Shown in pieces: positions 9,659 through 19,134 of a DNA stretch of 50,953 bases. Origin of the DNA: an uncultured Lachnospiraceae bacterium (GTDB lineage Bacteria; Bacillota; Clostridia; TANB77; CAG-508). Position numbers and translations under genes: made by a program. Positions within the stretch are counted from its first letter, which is position 1. Each line of letters begins with the position of its first letter. A model generated the notes under the pieces. The model was not told where the DNA came from, searched no databases, and was given only the letters and a program-made list of their open reading frames with translations. The DNA lies in NCBI GenBank assembly GCA_946637865.1, contig CAMPBM010000002.1, forward strand, positions 1-50,953, written 5' to 3'.

Positions 9659-9695
9659 CCAGTAGCAAATTAAAATGAAAAACTTGAAAAAAAGC

Positions 9696-9724
9696 TTGAT
9701 TTATCGGGGAGTATTTGATATAAT
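9696..9724 (+). promoter_or_regulatory. Sigma-A type promoter upstream of rpsB
   Basis: TTGATT (9696-9701), a 17-nt spacer, then TATAAT (9719-9724) with an upstream TG. Confidence 0.5.
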
Positions 9725-9847
9725 AGAAGCGTTAAAAACACACATAAGGCTAGTTTGATAAGGGTGCTCATGAAAATTATTTAGTTGTGGGTCTTTGAGG
9801 ATGGTTGAAACCTTATGGAGGTATAACAAAAAAGGGAGGAATAGAAA

Positions 9848-10630
9848 ATGGCAGTAGTTGCAATGAAACAATTACTAGAAGCGGGTGTTCATTTTGGACA
9901 TCAAACAAGAAGATGGGATCCTAAAATGGCTGAATATATATTTCAAGCAAGAAATGGTATCCATATAATAGATCTTCAAAAAACATCAAAAAAATTAGAT
10001 GAAGCATATGACTTCATGAGAGCACAAGCTGAGGAAGGAAAAACAGTTCTTTTTGTAGGAACTAAAAAACAAGCTCAAGATTGTATGAAAGAAGCAGCTG
10101 AGAAGAGCGGTATGTACTATGTAAATCAAAGATGGTTAGGTGGAATGTTAACTAACTTTGAAACAATACAAAAAAGAGTACAAAGATTAAATGAATTAGA
10201 AACAATGGAGCAAGATGGAACTTTTGATGTATTACCTAAAAAAGAGGTAATTTTATTGAAGAAAGAAATGGAAAAACTAGAAAAGAATCTTGGTGGAATA
10301 AAAGAAATGAAAGAGATTCCTGGTGTATTATTTGTAGTTGATCCTAAGAAAGAAAGAATAGCTATATTAGAGGCTAGAAAGTTAAATATTCCAATTGTTG
10401 GATTAATAGATACTAACTGTAACCCAGAGGATGTTGATTATGCTATTCCAGGAAATGATGATGCAATTCGTGCAGTAAGCTTAATTGCTGATGTTATGGC
10501 TAATGCTATAATAGAGGGTAGACAAGGTGAATCTTTTGTTGCTCAACCTACAGATGCTGAAGCTTCAGAATCAGCAGAAGAGGTAGCAGAACCAACAAGT
10601 ATGGAGGAAGTTGTTGAATCAGCTGAATAG
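9848..10630 (+). CDS. rpsB: 30S ribosomal protein S2
   Basis: [22 protein letters not shown] is the S2 signature. The C-terminal tail is acidic. Confidence 0.95.
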   Translation: MAVVAMKQLLEAGVHFGHQTRRWDPKMAEYIFQARNGIHIIDLQKTSKKLDEAYDFMRAQAEEGKTVLFVGTKKQAQDCMKEAAEKSGMYYVNQRWLGGMLTNFETIQKRVQRLNELETMEQDGTFDVLPKKEVILLKKEMEKLEKNLGGIKEMKEIPGVLFVVDPKKERIAILEARKLNIPIVGLIDTNCNPEDVDYAIPGNDDAIRAVSLIADVMANAIIEGRQGESFVAQPTDAEASESAEEVAEPTSMEEVVESAE

Positions 10631-10824
10631 CTTTAAAATATAATTATTGTTTTAGATTACTTTAAAGGAGTAGGGCCTTCTTGCTCTACTCTTCTTTATA
10701 TAATACGAAATATGATGAAAATTTACCTATTTACCTTAAAGAAAGATATTTTCATCTTCAAAAGAAATAATATTATTTTATTAAAAATTATTAAATTGCT
10801 ATATATTAAAAGGAGGAATTTAAC

Positions 10825-11706
10825 ATGGTAACAGCAAGCCAAGTAAAAGATTTAAGAGAAAAAACAGGTGCAGGTATGATGGACTGCAAAAAGGTTTTGA
10901 CAGAAACTGATGGAGATATGGAAAAAGCTATTGAATTATTACGTGAGAGAGGAATAGCAAAAGCAGCAAAGAAATCAAGTAGAGTTGCTGCTGAAGGTTT
11001 AGTTGCAGCATATGTATCAGAAGACGGAAAAGTTGGTGCAGTCGTTGAGGTTAATGCAGAAACAGATTTTGTTGGTAAAAATGAGGAATTTAAAAATTTC
11101 GTTAATGATGTTGCAAAGCAAATAGTTGAAAATAATCCTGCAAATGTAGAAGAATTATTAGCTCAAAAATCAATTGCAGAATCTGATAAAACTGTACAAG
11201 AAGTTTTAACAAACAAAATTGCTACAATCGGTGAGAATATGTCAATTAGAAGATTCAAAAGATTTGAATCTAATGGAATAGTTGCAAGCTATATTCATGG
11301 TGAAGGTAAAATAGGTGTTTTAGTTGATATGGAAAATGCTACTGCAGAACTTGCAAAAGATATTTGTTTACAGATAGCAGCAGCAAAACCTGAATTTATA
11401 GATAGAGAATCAGTTACACCTGAAAGAGTTGAAAAAGAAATGGAAATATTAAAAGCACAAGCTATTAATGAAGGAAAACCAGCTGAAATAGCAGAAAAAA
11501 TGGTTCAAGGTAGAATAAATAAGTTTTATGGGGAAATATGCCTATTAGAACAAGAGTTTGTTAAAGATTCAGATATGAAAATTAATAAATTATTAGAATC
11601 TAAGGGTGCAAAAATAAATAATTTTGCAAGATTAGAAAAAGGTGAAGGTATAGAGAAAATTGAGGAAAACTTTGCTGAAGAGGTTGCAAAACAAGTAAAA
11701 ATGTAA
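10825..11706 (+). CDS. tsf: Elongation factor Ts
   Basis: [19 protein letters not shown] (UBA-like N-terminus) and the rpsB-tsf synteny support the call. Confidence 0.95.
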   Translation: MVTASQVKDLREKTGAGMMDCKKVLTETDGDMEKAIELLRERGIAKAAKKSSRVAAEGLVAAYVSEDGKVGAVVEVNAETDFVGKNEEFKNFVNDVAKQIVENNPANVEELLAQKSIAESDKTVQEVLTNKIATIGENMSIRRFKRFESNGIVASYIHGEGKIGVLVDMENATAELAKDICLQIAAAKPEFIDRESVTPERVEKEMEILKAQAINEGKPAEIAEKMVQGRINKFYGEICLLEQEFVKDSDMKINKLLESKGAKINNFARLEKGEGIEKIEENFAEEVAKQVKM

Positions 11707-12043
11707 GTTATATAACAGATAACCGGCGAGAGTCGGAGATTATTGAAGCAGGATTAAAAAATTAACACTTCGCTCATTTACTACTGTTCGTTTTTTATAG
11801 AAAATAAAATTAAGACAGTGTAATGTAATGTGTGTTGATGTTCTTATCCTGCTTATATTATATATACATATTATGAGATATTAGTGTTTATATGAAAAGG
11901 ATATTAATATGTAAAAATTATAAAATCATAAATGTCTATGTATTACTATATATAGATTCTTGAATACATATATAACTAGATATATTGTTATGGTTTTGTG
12001 GGTATATAATGAATTGTTTATATAATTATTAAAAGAGGTAAAA

Positions 12044-12511
12044 ATGAGTATAATGAAAAGATTTAGCATTTATGTATGGACTATTATATTAATAGTGGTT
12101 GAACAACTTACGAAAATAGCTGTTTTAACAAATATAAAATCGCAGTCCATTACAATCATAAGAGGAATTTTAAAATTCTCTTATTGCGAGAATAGAGGTG
12201 TGGCCTTTAGTTTAGGTAGTGGACATATTTTACTATTTATAATTTTAAATGTGATAATGTTGTGTGGATTAGTATTTTTTTATGAAAAAAATCGTGATAA
12301 TATAGTGGGAATGCAAAAAGTATTTTATACAATGGTACTTGCAGGTGGAAGCAGTAACCTTATAGATAGAATTACAAAAGGATATGTTATTGATTTTATA
12401 GATATTAATGAAGTATTTAGTTTTGCAATCTTTAATGTGGCAGATATACTTTTAGTAATAGGTATATGTGGTTTTTGTATAATGATGATTTTGAAAGGAA
12501 TGAAAAAATGA
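12044..12511 (+). CDS. lspA: Lipoprotein signal peptidase II
   Basis: NRGVAFS and FNVAD motifs are present, with four TM segments. Confidence 0.85.
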   Translation: MSIMKRFSIYVWTIILIVVEQLTKIAVLTNIKSQSITIIRGILKFSYCENRGVAFSLGSGHILLFIILNVIMLCGLVFFYEKNRDNIVGMQKVFYTMVLAGGSSNLIDRITKGYVIDFIDINEVFSFAIFNVADILLVIGICGFCIMMILKGMKK

Positions 12512-13437
12512 AAACTGTAGTGGTTGATGCTGAGGATTCAGGAAAAAGATTAGATGTTTATATAGCATCAAATATAGATGAAGTATCTAGGACAATGGTA
12601 AAAAAAATGTTAGAATCTGGAAATATCATATTAAATGGAAAGATAAATCCAAAAATTTCCTATAAGGTTCAAGAAAATGATATTATTGAAATAGAACTAC
12701 CAAAAGCTAAAGAATTAGATATAAAGGCTCAAAACATTCCGTTAGATATTATTTATGAAGATGATGATATTATTGTTGTTGATAAGCCTAAAGGTCTTGT
12801 TGTTCATCCCGCCAACGGAAATTGGGAGGGTACTCTGGTTAATGCAATTATGGCAATATGTAAAGATAGTTTATCTGGAATCGGCGGAGAAATAAGACCT
12901 GGAATTGTGCATAGACTTGATAAGGATACTTCAGGACTGTTAATAATTGCAAAGAATGATAAAGCACACATAAATATGAGTAATCAAATAAAAAATAGAC
13001 AGGTAAAAAAGGTTTATTATGCTTTAGTACGAGGTGTAATAAATGAAAATGAGGCAACTATCAATATGCCAATTGGTAGAAGTACTAAAGATAGAAAGAA
13101 AATGGCAGTTACTAAAAATGGAAAGGAAGCTATTACTCATTTTAAGGTTATTGAACGATTTGCTAAGTATTCATTATTGGAAGTAAAAATAGACACTGGT
13201 AGAACACATCAGATTAGAGTGCATCTAAGTGAAATAGGGTACCCTGTTATTGGAGATGAAGTGTATTCTAATGGAAAAAATGAGTTTGGAGTAAAGGGGC
13301 AGTTATTACATGCTAAAAGTTTAACATTTAAACATCCTATTAGTGGAAAAGATATGCACTTAGAAGCGGAATTACCTGAGGAGTTTTTAAATGTATTAAA
13401 CATCCTAAGGAGGACGCAAGCGATTAATAAACTATAG
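12508..13437 (+). CDS. rluD: RluA-family 23S rRNA pseudouridine synthase (RluD-like)
   Basis: An S4 domain at the N-terminus and the catalytic motif HRLDKDTSG are present. ATGA start/stop overlap with lspA gives the conserved lspA-rluD pair. The track's upstream extension is rejected. Confidence 0.88.
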   Translation: MKTVVVDAEDSGKRLDVYIASNIDEVSRTMVKKMLESGNIILNGKINPKISYKVQENDIIEIELPKAKELDIKAQNIPLDIIYEDDDIIVVDKPKGLVVHPANGNWEGTLVNAIMAICKDSLSGIGGEIRPGIVHRLDKDTSGLLIIAKNDKAHINMSNQIKNRQVKKVYYALVRGVINENEATINMPIGRSTKDRKKMAVTKNGKEAITHFKVIERFAKYSLLEVKIDTGRTHQIRVHLSEIGYPVIGDEVYSNGKNEFGVKGQLLHAKSLTFKHPISGKDMHLEAELPEEFLNVLNILRRTQAINKL

Positions 13438-13500
13438 TATGATTGACAAAAAATATTATAATTGGATTGCATATTGTGAATGAAAGGAATGTTAGGAGTA

Positions 13501-14229
13501 ATGGATATAGAGAATGTTAGGTTACAAAAGTTCTTGGCTAATAGCGGTGTTTGTTCTAGAAGAAGTGCAGAGAAATTAATTTTAGAGGGTAAGATTTCTG
13601 TTAATGGGAAGGTAATAACTGAATTAGGATTTAAAGTTAATCCAAAACTGGATAAAGTATTGTATAACGGAAAGAAAGTAGAAGTTGTCGAGAAACACAT
13701 ATATATATTATTAAATAAACCAATTGGATATGTTACAACTGTAAAGGATCAGTTTGACAGACCAACAGTTTTAGATTTAATAGATAATTCAGAATTTTCT
13801 TTATTACCTGTGGGAAGGCTAGATATGTATACCTCTGGTGCACTAATATTAACAAATGATGGTGATTTTATATATAAAGTTACTCACCCAAAGAATGAGA
13901 TTAAAAAAACTTATAACGCAACTGTTAGAGGAATTGTTAGTAATGAAGATGTAAAGAAAATAGAGCATGGCGTAAAAATTGATGACTATATATCTGGAAA
14001 AGCTGAAGTTAAGATTCTAAACATAAACCAGCAAAGTAATACTTCAAAAATTCAGATAACGATACATGAAGGAAAAAACAGGGAAGTTAGAAAAATGTGC
14101 GCAGCAATTGGTAAAGATGTTATTGCTTTGCATAGAACTAAAATTGAAAATATTAGTGTAAAGGATTTAAAAATTGGTGAATGGCGATATTTAAAAAAAG
14201 AAGAAATTGTTATGTTAAAGCAAAAGTAA
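13501..14229 (+). CDS. RsuA/RluB-family pseudouridine synthase
   Basis: An S4 domain (LQKFLANSGVCSRRSAEKLI) and the GRLDMYTSG catalytic motif are present. AGGAG lies upstream of the ATG at 13501. Confidence 0.85.
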   Translation: MDIENVRLQKFLANSGVCSRRSAEKLILEGKISVNGKVITELGFKVNPKLDKVLYNGKKVEVVEKHIYILLNKPIGYVTTVKDQFDRPTVLDLIDNSEFSLLPVGRLDMYTSGALILTNDGDFIYKVTHPKNEIKKTYNATVRGIVSNEDVKKIEHGVKIDDYISGKAEVKILNINQQSNTSKIQITIHEGKNREVRKMCAAIGKDVIALHRTKIENISVKDLKIGEWRYLKKEEIVMLKQK

Positions 14230-14342
14230 CCCACCCAAACTGTAACCACCACAAAAAAATAGTGGTAAAATATTAAAAATCTATTGTAAAAAAAGATTTT
14301 TAATTATATAATTAAGAAAACTTAAGAAAAAGGGGAGTGCCA

Positions 14343-15158
14343 ATGGAATACCAAAGATTTATGCCGGAAGGATGGAATATAAGCAATTTTGATGTAACGA
14401 AGGAACAACTAGCAAATGCTATGTCAACAGGAGAAATTTTACAGGGAAAAGTAAATAGATGTGATTCAAACTATAATTTGTATGTAGATTTAGGGAATGA
14501 TATAACAGGAATAATACCAAGGGAGGAAGTAGAAGCAGTTAATGTTGAAGAAACTGGATTCCCAAAACCTAATATATGTATGAGTAAAGTAAATAAATAT
14601 GTGCAATTCAAAGTAAAGGATTTAGATTCTAGAAATAATTATATATTGTCTAGGAGGGATGTAGGATTAGAAGCTTTAAATTGGATAACTAATGAGCTAC
14701 AAGAAGGTATGGTTGTAAATGGAATTGTAAAAAGTATGCAACCTTATGGAGTTTTTGTTGAGATAGGTGGAGGAATAGTAGGATTATTACATATTGAAGA
14801 TATTTCAATTGCTAGGATTAAAACACCAGCGGAGAGATTAAAAATTGGACAAAAAATAAATGTTATGATAAAATGTATAGATAGAAAATTAGAAAGAGTA
14901 ATATTAACATATAAAGAATTACTTGGAACTTGGGAGGATAATGTCAAAGATTTTTCAGAGGGGGAAACAGTTACAGGAATTGCAAGGGAAATTGAAAAGT
15001 CTAAAAATGGAATCTTTATAGAGTTAAAGCCTAATTTAGTAGGCATGGCGGAATATAAAGAAGGAATTGAATATGGACAAAATGTTGATGTCTATATTAA
15101 GAAAATAATTCCTGATAAGAAAAAAATTAAACTACTGATTGTAGACAAACAAAATTAG
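14343..15158 (+). CDS. S1 RNA-binding domain protein
   Basis: Several S1/OB-like repeats are visible (GMVVNGIVKSMQPYGVFVEIGGGIVGLLHIEDIS, GETVTGIAREIEKSKNGIFIEL). Confidence 0.7.
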   Translation: MEYQRFMPEGWNISNFDVTKEQLANAMSTGEILQGKVNRCDSNYNLYVDLGNDITGIIPREEVEAVNVEETGFPKPNICMSKVNKYVQFKVKDLDSRNNYILSRRDVGLEALNWITNELQEGMVVNGIVKSMQPYGVFVEIGGGIVGLLHIEDISIARIKTPAERLKIGQKINVMIKCIDRKLERVILTYKELLGTWEDNVKDFSEGETVTGIAREIEKSKNGIFIELKPNLVGMAEYKEGIEYGQNVDVYIKKIIPDKKKIKLLIVDKQN

Positions 15159-15380
15159 TTTTATAGCAGTAGAAAGAAGGATATATATAATAAATTATTA
15201 ATATGGATAAGGTTATATATGTTTGATGTTTAATATGCATGTCATATGTGTAGTTCTGTTATGTGATATGTTATTTGTTATTTATAATTATATATATCAG
15301 CTAATTATTAAATATATTAATAGTATAAATTATTATAATATATTTTTAAAATTTTTAGTAAAATTTTAGGAGGGGTTAAA

Positions 15381-16322
15381 GTGGTAAATGATAATGAAAT
15401 TAAAGCAACAGTATCACCTTTTGCTATTAGAGAAGGGGAAATAAAAACCTTTGATGGTAAAGATGGATATGTTTCAATGAACCAAATTGTACATAAGATA
15501 AACATTGGTCATATAAGTGACATCCATTTTGAAATATTAGATTTAGTAAACGAATTTGAATTTATTACATCTAGGCAATTGTTTCAATTACTTGAATGGA
15601 AAGGAATTGAGGTAAAATCTCAGGATAAATTAAATAATAAATTAGACCAGTTAGTACGTTCAAAAATATTAACTAGATATTTCTTTAATTCTGAGGATGG
15701 TAAGGGTATATATAGAATTTATTGTATGGAGAAGATGGGAAAATACCTTCTAGCATCTAGGGAAAAAGAGTGTAAATGGCAACCTAGTGACAATGCTAAA
15801 CCAGTAGCTATGATAAAGAAGCGTTTAGCTGGAAATCAGACAATTATAGCTTATCTAAGAAAGGTTAAAGCTTTTGATAGTTATGTAGCTAAGCCAAGCC
15901 TTACTGCTAAAGTAACAGGTAAGAACTTTAAAGCAACAGGAGGAAGTATTAAGCTGGCTAAGGGAGCAAAAGCTATAGAGTTTGTTTTTGAAGTTATTAG
16001 AAGAGAAGATGACTGGAAGAAGAAACTTGTGGATAAAATGAAATTGTATAAGGATTTCTATGACAATTTTGTACCAGGGGATTCAGGGTACCATAGTATA
16101 CCACAATTAATAATTATTTGCGAGGATGATAAGCATATAGCTGAAACGTTCAAAGAGATTGTTATGCATAAATTGGAGATAGAAAGGATAAAGCTATATT
16201 TTACTACAGACCTACGCCAAAATGAAGAAAGTTTGGATAGAACTTTAGTTGGATTTAGAATTGATGAAAACACAGGAAAATATAAGATGGAAAACGTACA
16301 AGTGAAATTATTGGGAATGTAA
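15381..16322 (+). CDS. Replication-relaxation (Replic_Relax)-like winged-helix protein
   Basis: The GTG start has a strong AGGAGGGG RBS. An N-terminal wHTH-like segment (HFEILDLVNEFEFITSRQLFQLL) and the overall length resemble the plasmid replication-relaxation family. The assignment is from memory of the family and was not searched. Confidence 0.45.
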   Translation: MVNDNEIKATVSPFAIREGEIKTFDGKDGYVSMNQIVHKINIGHISDIHFEILDLVNEFEFITSRQLFQLLEWKGIEVKSQDKLNNKLDQLVRSKILTRYFFNSEDGKGIYRIYCMEKMGKYLLASREKECKWQPSDNAKPVAMIKKRLAGNQTIIAYLRKVKAFDSYVAKPSLTAKVTGKNFKATGGSIKLAKGAKAIEFVFEVIRREDDWKKKLVDKMKLYKDFYDNFVPGDSGYHSIPQLIIICEDDKHIAETFKEIVMHKLEIERIKLYFTTDLRQNEESLDRTLVGFRIDENTGKYKMENVQVKLLGM

Positions 16323-16367
16323 AAAATACTTCAGGAATTGAATTTGATTCTTCCTGAAGTATTTTTT
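16321..16367. terminator. Bidirectional intrinsic terminator between convergent genes
   Basis: A 14-bp perfect stem aaatacttcaggaa (16324-16337)/ttcctgaagtattt (16351-16364), flanked by an A-run and a T-run. Confidence 0.7.
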
Positions 16368-16428
16368 ACCTATTTTTAATTAACTTGACATTTATTACAG
16401 AGCTAATATTACAATGTAATTGATTTTA

Positions 16429-18801
16429 CTAGTTATTGTTGTTACTATTTATATTATTTTTTACTACTGCATCTTCTGATTCTTTTTCAAAGATAGAATC
16501 AGTATAATCTGTTCTTATTGGATCTAATTCAAGTTCTGTATTGTCATCATCAGAGAAACTATTCAATACTGCTTTTTTCTTCTTAAATAAACCAGTAGGT
16601 TCATCGTCAGAACCATTTACAGCATTACCAGAATTGTATTTAGCAAAGTTAAACTTTTTAACATCATGTTTTTCACGATACTTAGGACTTAGGAAGTCTA
16701 ACTCTCCTGTACCATTCTCATATTTTCCATTTTCACCTGCAATTTTATAGATACATTGTTTGAATTTAATACTTTGTATCTTACCAGGTTGGAACTTAGT
16801 ATCAGGTTTGTAAGTAACATCAGATGCTTTTGGATCGTAGTCATCTTTAGAGAAGTCATAACTACGTTTCATTCTCCATTTTTTATCTTGACCAAGTTCC
16901 TTACTCCACCAATCATTATCCTCAGGAAGGTTATTTCCGAATACAACCTTATTTGCACAGTTGGCAATTATTGTATTTCTGTGAGCCTTATCATTTACAT
17001 TTAATTGATCTAAATTTTGAACTGATATGACTGTTCCTATTCTGTATTTCCTATACATAGTAAATATTGTTTCAGTTGACTTACATATAAAGTCTGCAAA
17101 TTCGTCTATATATAAGAAATGAGGAATACGTGTATTTTCATTTCCAGGTCTTCTTAAAATAGCATATTGCATTGATAATATAAAGAATAAACCAAATGCT
17201 TTATGTGCAGACGCACCTAAATCACCACGTCTTGTACATAACAATGTTATATCTCCATTTTCTAATGCTTGATCAAAATTTAAGTTATTTACTCTATTAC
17301 ATAGAATATTTCTAATTCCCGGATATCTTAATAAATTGTCTAATAATGTACTGGCTGAATATATAAATTTCTCTGCATTTTCTCTGTTTGGTGCATCTTT
17401 ATAGAAATTCTTTTTGAAATATGTCAATAAAATTGCATATTTTTTTGCTAATTCTTCATCTTTTTCAAGCTCTTTACACATATACTCTACTAGGTTGAAA
17501 TCATTTAACATACTTAACATATCTTCAAGCGTTGGTAATTCACCATCATGCATTTTGGGATACATTAATTTTAATAAAATTGATAAATTTTCAATAACTT
17601 GGTAAGAGTACGTGTTTTGAAATGCGATATCAACAGAGTAACCAGCTTTGTGTGCAAGTCCTTTTAAGACTGTAGAGATTACAACGGCTATTTGCATTGG
17701 GTCTTCGTAAGCAAATGGGTTTAAACCAGGCGAATCAGGATTTTTAGGATCTACCAAATTAACATGCATTTTATAAGCTTTTGCTATATCAATAATATGT
17801 GAAGTAGATTCATAATCTGGTGAAATATATGTTATACCCAAATTTCTATATGTAATATTATCTGATGATATATTGTATATCATTTTCTTCATATAAGATT
17901 GGTATATATGAAGCTTTGATTCTTTTGGCTTTATCATATTTAAACTAAAGTTATTATTTATATAATCATTATCATATGGACAAACCAGATTTGCAATTCC
18001 AGTTTTTAAAGAAACAAAAGCAAGCTCTTTGCTAGTTTCTCTATATTTATATTTTTTATCAATGTCTTTAGCTATCATAGGCTCGAAGATTAATGAGGTT
18101 TTACCAGCACCAGATACACCTACGACAAGCATAGATTCAAAACGTTTCTTTTCAGAAATTTTAACTGTTTTTCCAGATCTACGATTTGTACACAAGGCTA
18201 TTTCACATGTATTTGGACCTACATCTGGACTTTTTGGTGCAAGACTAATTCCTTTGTATTCATATATACCTTCTAGCATAGGCAGACTATCATTTACATT
18301 TATGTAGAGTTTCTTGAATATTTCTGGAGTCATGACTAAAGGTAAATATAGAGCTGACCAACAAAACGCAGGCTTAATCAAATAACTAAATTCAGTAGCA
18401 ATTTTTGGATAATTAGGAACGGAAAGCAAAGCCAGCCATCCAGCAGAGTTTATCCATTGCGTAAACATTGAAATTACTAAAATGTAAAGTGCTACTACAT
18501 ATGTGTATAAGAAAGATACCTTCATTTCCTGAGATTTTACAAATTTTGAGCTACACGAAAACAAAAATGCAAACACAGGACATGCCATTGCTAAAGTATA
18601 TTGTATTGGATTCCAGTAGCTTGAAGGTATTCCAGTGAATATGGTTATAAGTAAATCTACAAATCTATCTACAACTAAATATATAGTTATTAATGTTAAT
18701 ATATATGTGAAAAATGTGTTTCTATCCGTTTTTAATTTCTTTAATAATTTATCTAACAATTTCAAAATTTTCACCACTTTCATACGAAAAATCATATACA
18801 T
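16429..18801 (-). CDS. TraG/VirD4/TraD-like (type IV coupling protein-like) P-loop ATPase with multi-pass N-terminal membrane domain
   Basis: Walker A is VVGVSGAGKTS. Walker B is HFLYIDEFADF. VISVQNLDQL and NKVVFGNNL blocks resemble coupling proteins. About 5-6 hydrophobic helices occupy the first ~170 aa. The C-terminal tail is acidic and N-rich. Confidence 0.6.
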   Translation of the reverse strand: MYMIFRMKVVKILKLLDKLLKKLKTDRNTFFTYILTLITIYLVVDRFVDLLITIFTGIPSSYWNPIQYTLAMACPVFAFLFSCSSKFVKSQEMKVSFLYTYVVALYILVISMFTQWINSAGWLALLSVPNYPKIATEFSYLIKPAFCWSALYLPLVMTPEIFKKLYINVNDSLPMLEGIYEYKGISLAPKSPDVGPNTCEIALCTNRRSGKTVKISEKKRFESMLVVGVSGAGKTSLIFEPMIAKDIDKKYKYRETSKELAFVSLKTGIANLVCPYDNDYINNNFSLNMIKPKESKLHIYQSYMKKMIYNISSDNITYRNLGITYISPDYESTSHIIDIAKAYKMHVNLVDPKNPDSPGLNPFAYEDPMQIAVVISTVLKGLAHKAGYSVDIAFQNTYSYQVIENLSILLKLMYPKMHDGELPTLEDMLSMLNDFNLVEYMCKELEKDEELAKKYAILLTYFKKNFYKDAPNRENAEKFIYSASTLLDNLLRYPGIRNILCNRVNNLNFDQALENGDITLLCTRRGDLGASAHKAFGLFFILSMQYAILRRPGNENTRIPHFLYIDEFADFICKSTETIFTMYRKYRIGTVISVQNLDQLNVNDKAHRNTIIANCANKVVFGNNLPEDNDWWSKELGQDKKWRMKRSYDFSKDDYDPKASDVTYKPDTKFQPGKIQSIKFKQCIYKIAGENGKYENGTGELDFLSPKYREKHDVKKFNFAKYNSGNAVNGSDDEPTGLFKKKKAVLNSFSDDDNTELELDPIRTDYTDSIFEKESEDAVVKNNINSNNNN

Positions 18802-18860
18802 ATATTATCCTATAAAATTGCTAAAAAATCAAGAGGTTTGGGGAAATTTGACAAAAAAGT

Positions 18861-18910
18861 GTTACTGTTTGACTCTTTTTACAAAACAACCCGCCCAAAC
18901 CATAGAATTA
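18861..18910. repeat. Solo copy of the repeat-family outer module
   Basis: gttactgtttgactcttttt..cgcccaaaccatagaatta matches 31638-31688 and 50774-50842. Confidence 0.6.
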
Positions 18911-19134
18911 TGTATTGTCAAAAATAGACTAATATGTAATAAGTTTACTAAATTAATAAAATTTAATATAATATATCTAAAATATATAGCATAAAATAGG
19001 TTACAGGTCAGCTGTAATAATTTTGTAACGAACTGTAAAATAATAAAACTAAGAAAAAAACACTTGAAAAATCTAGATAATATTAATATAATTTAGTAGG
19101 TTAAAAATATAGAGTTATAGAAAGGAATTTTTAA

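Noticed and set aside
12508-12511. Alternative genetic code (TGA read as Trp), which might be expected for a very AT-rich small genome.
   Set aside because: TGA terminates lspA exactly at the conserved ATGA overlap with rluD. Trp residues in conserved positions are encoded by TGG. All family-length expectations are met with code 11.
13209-13700. A 163-aa minus-strand ORF. The same judgement applies to the other antisense ORFs: 3815-4180, 19311-19748, 20022-20354, 35927-36481, 14744-15046, 25427-25786, 48598-48924 and 50363-50614.
   Set aside because: These are shadow ORFs antisense to strongly supported genes in AT-rich DNA. They show leucine/serine/phenylalanine-rich nonsense composition and lack an RBS.
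15159-19134. A complete ICE, prophage or plasmid integration around the T4CP-like gene.
   Set aside because: No integrase, relaxase of a known MOB type, VirB4-like ATPase, structural phage genes or flanking direct repeats are visible. Only the two-gene module can be supported.
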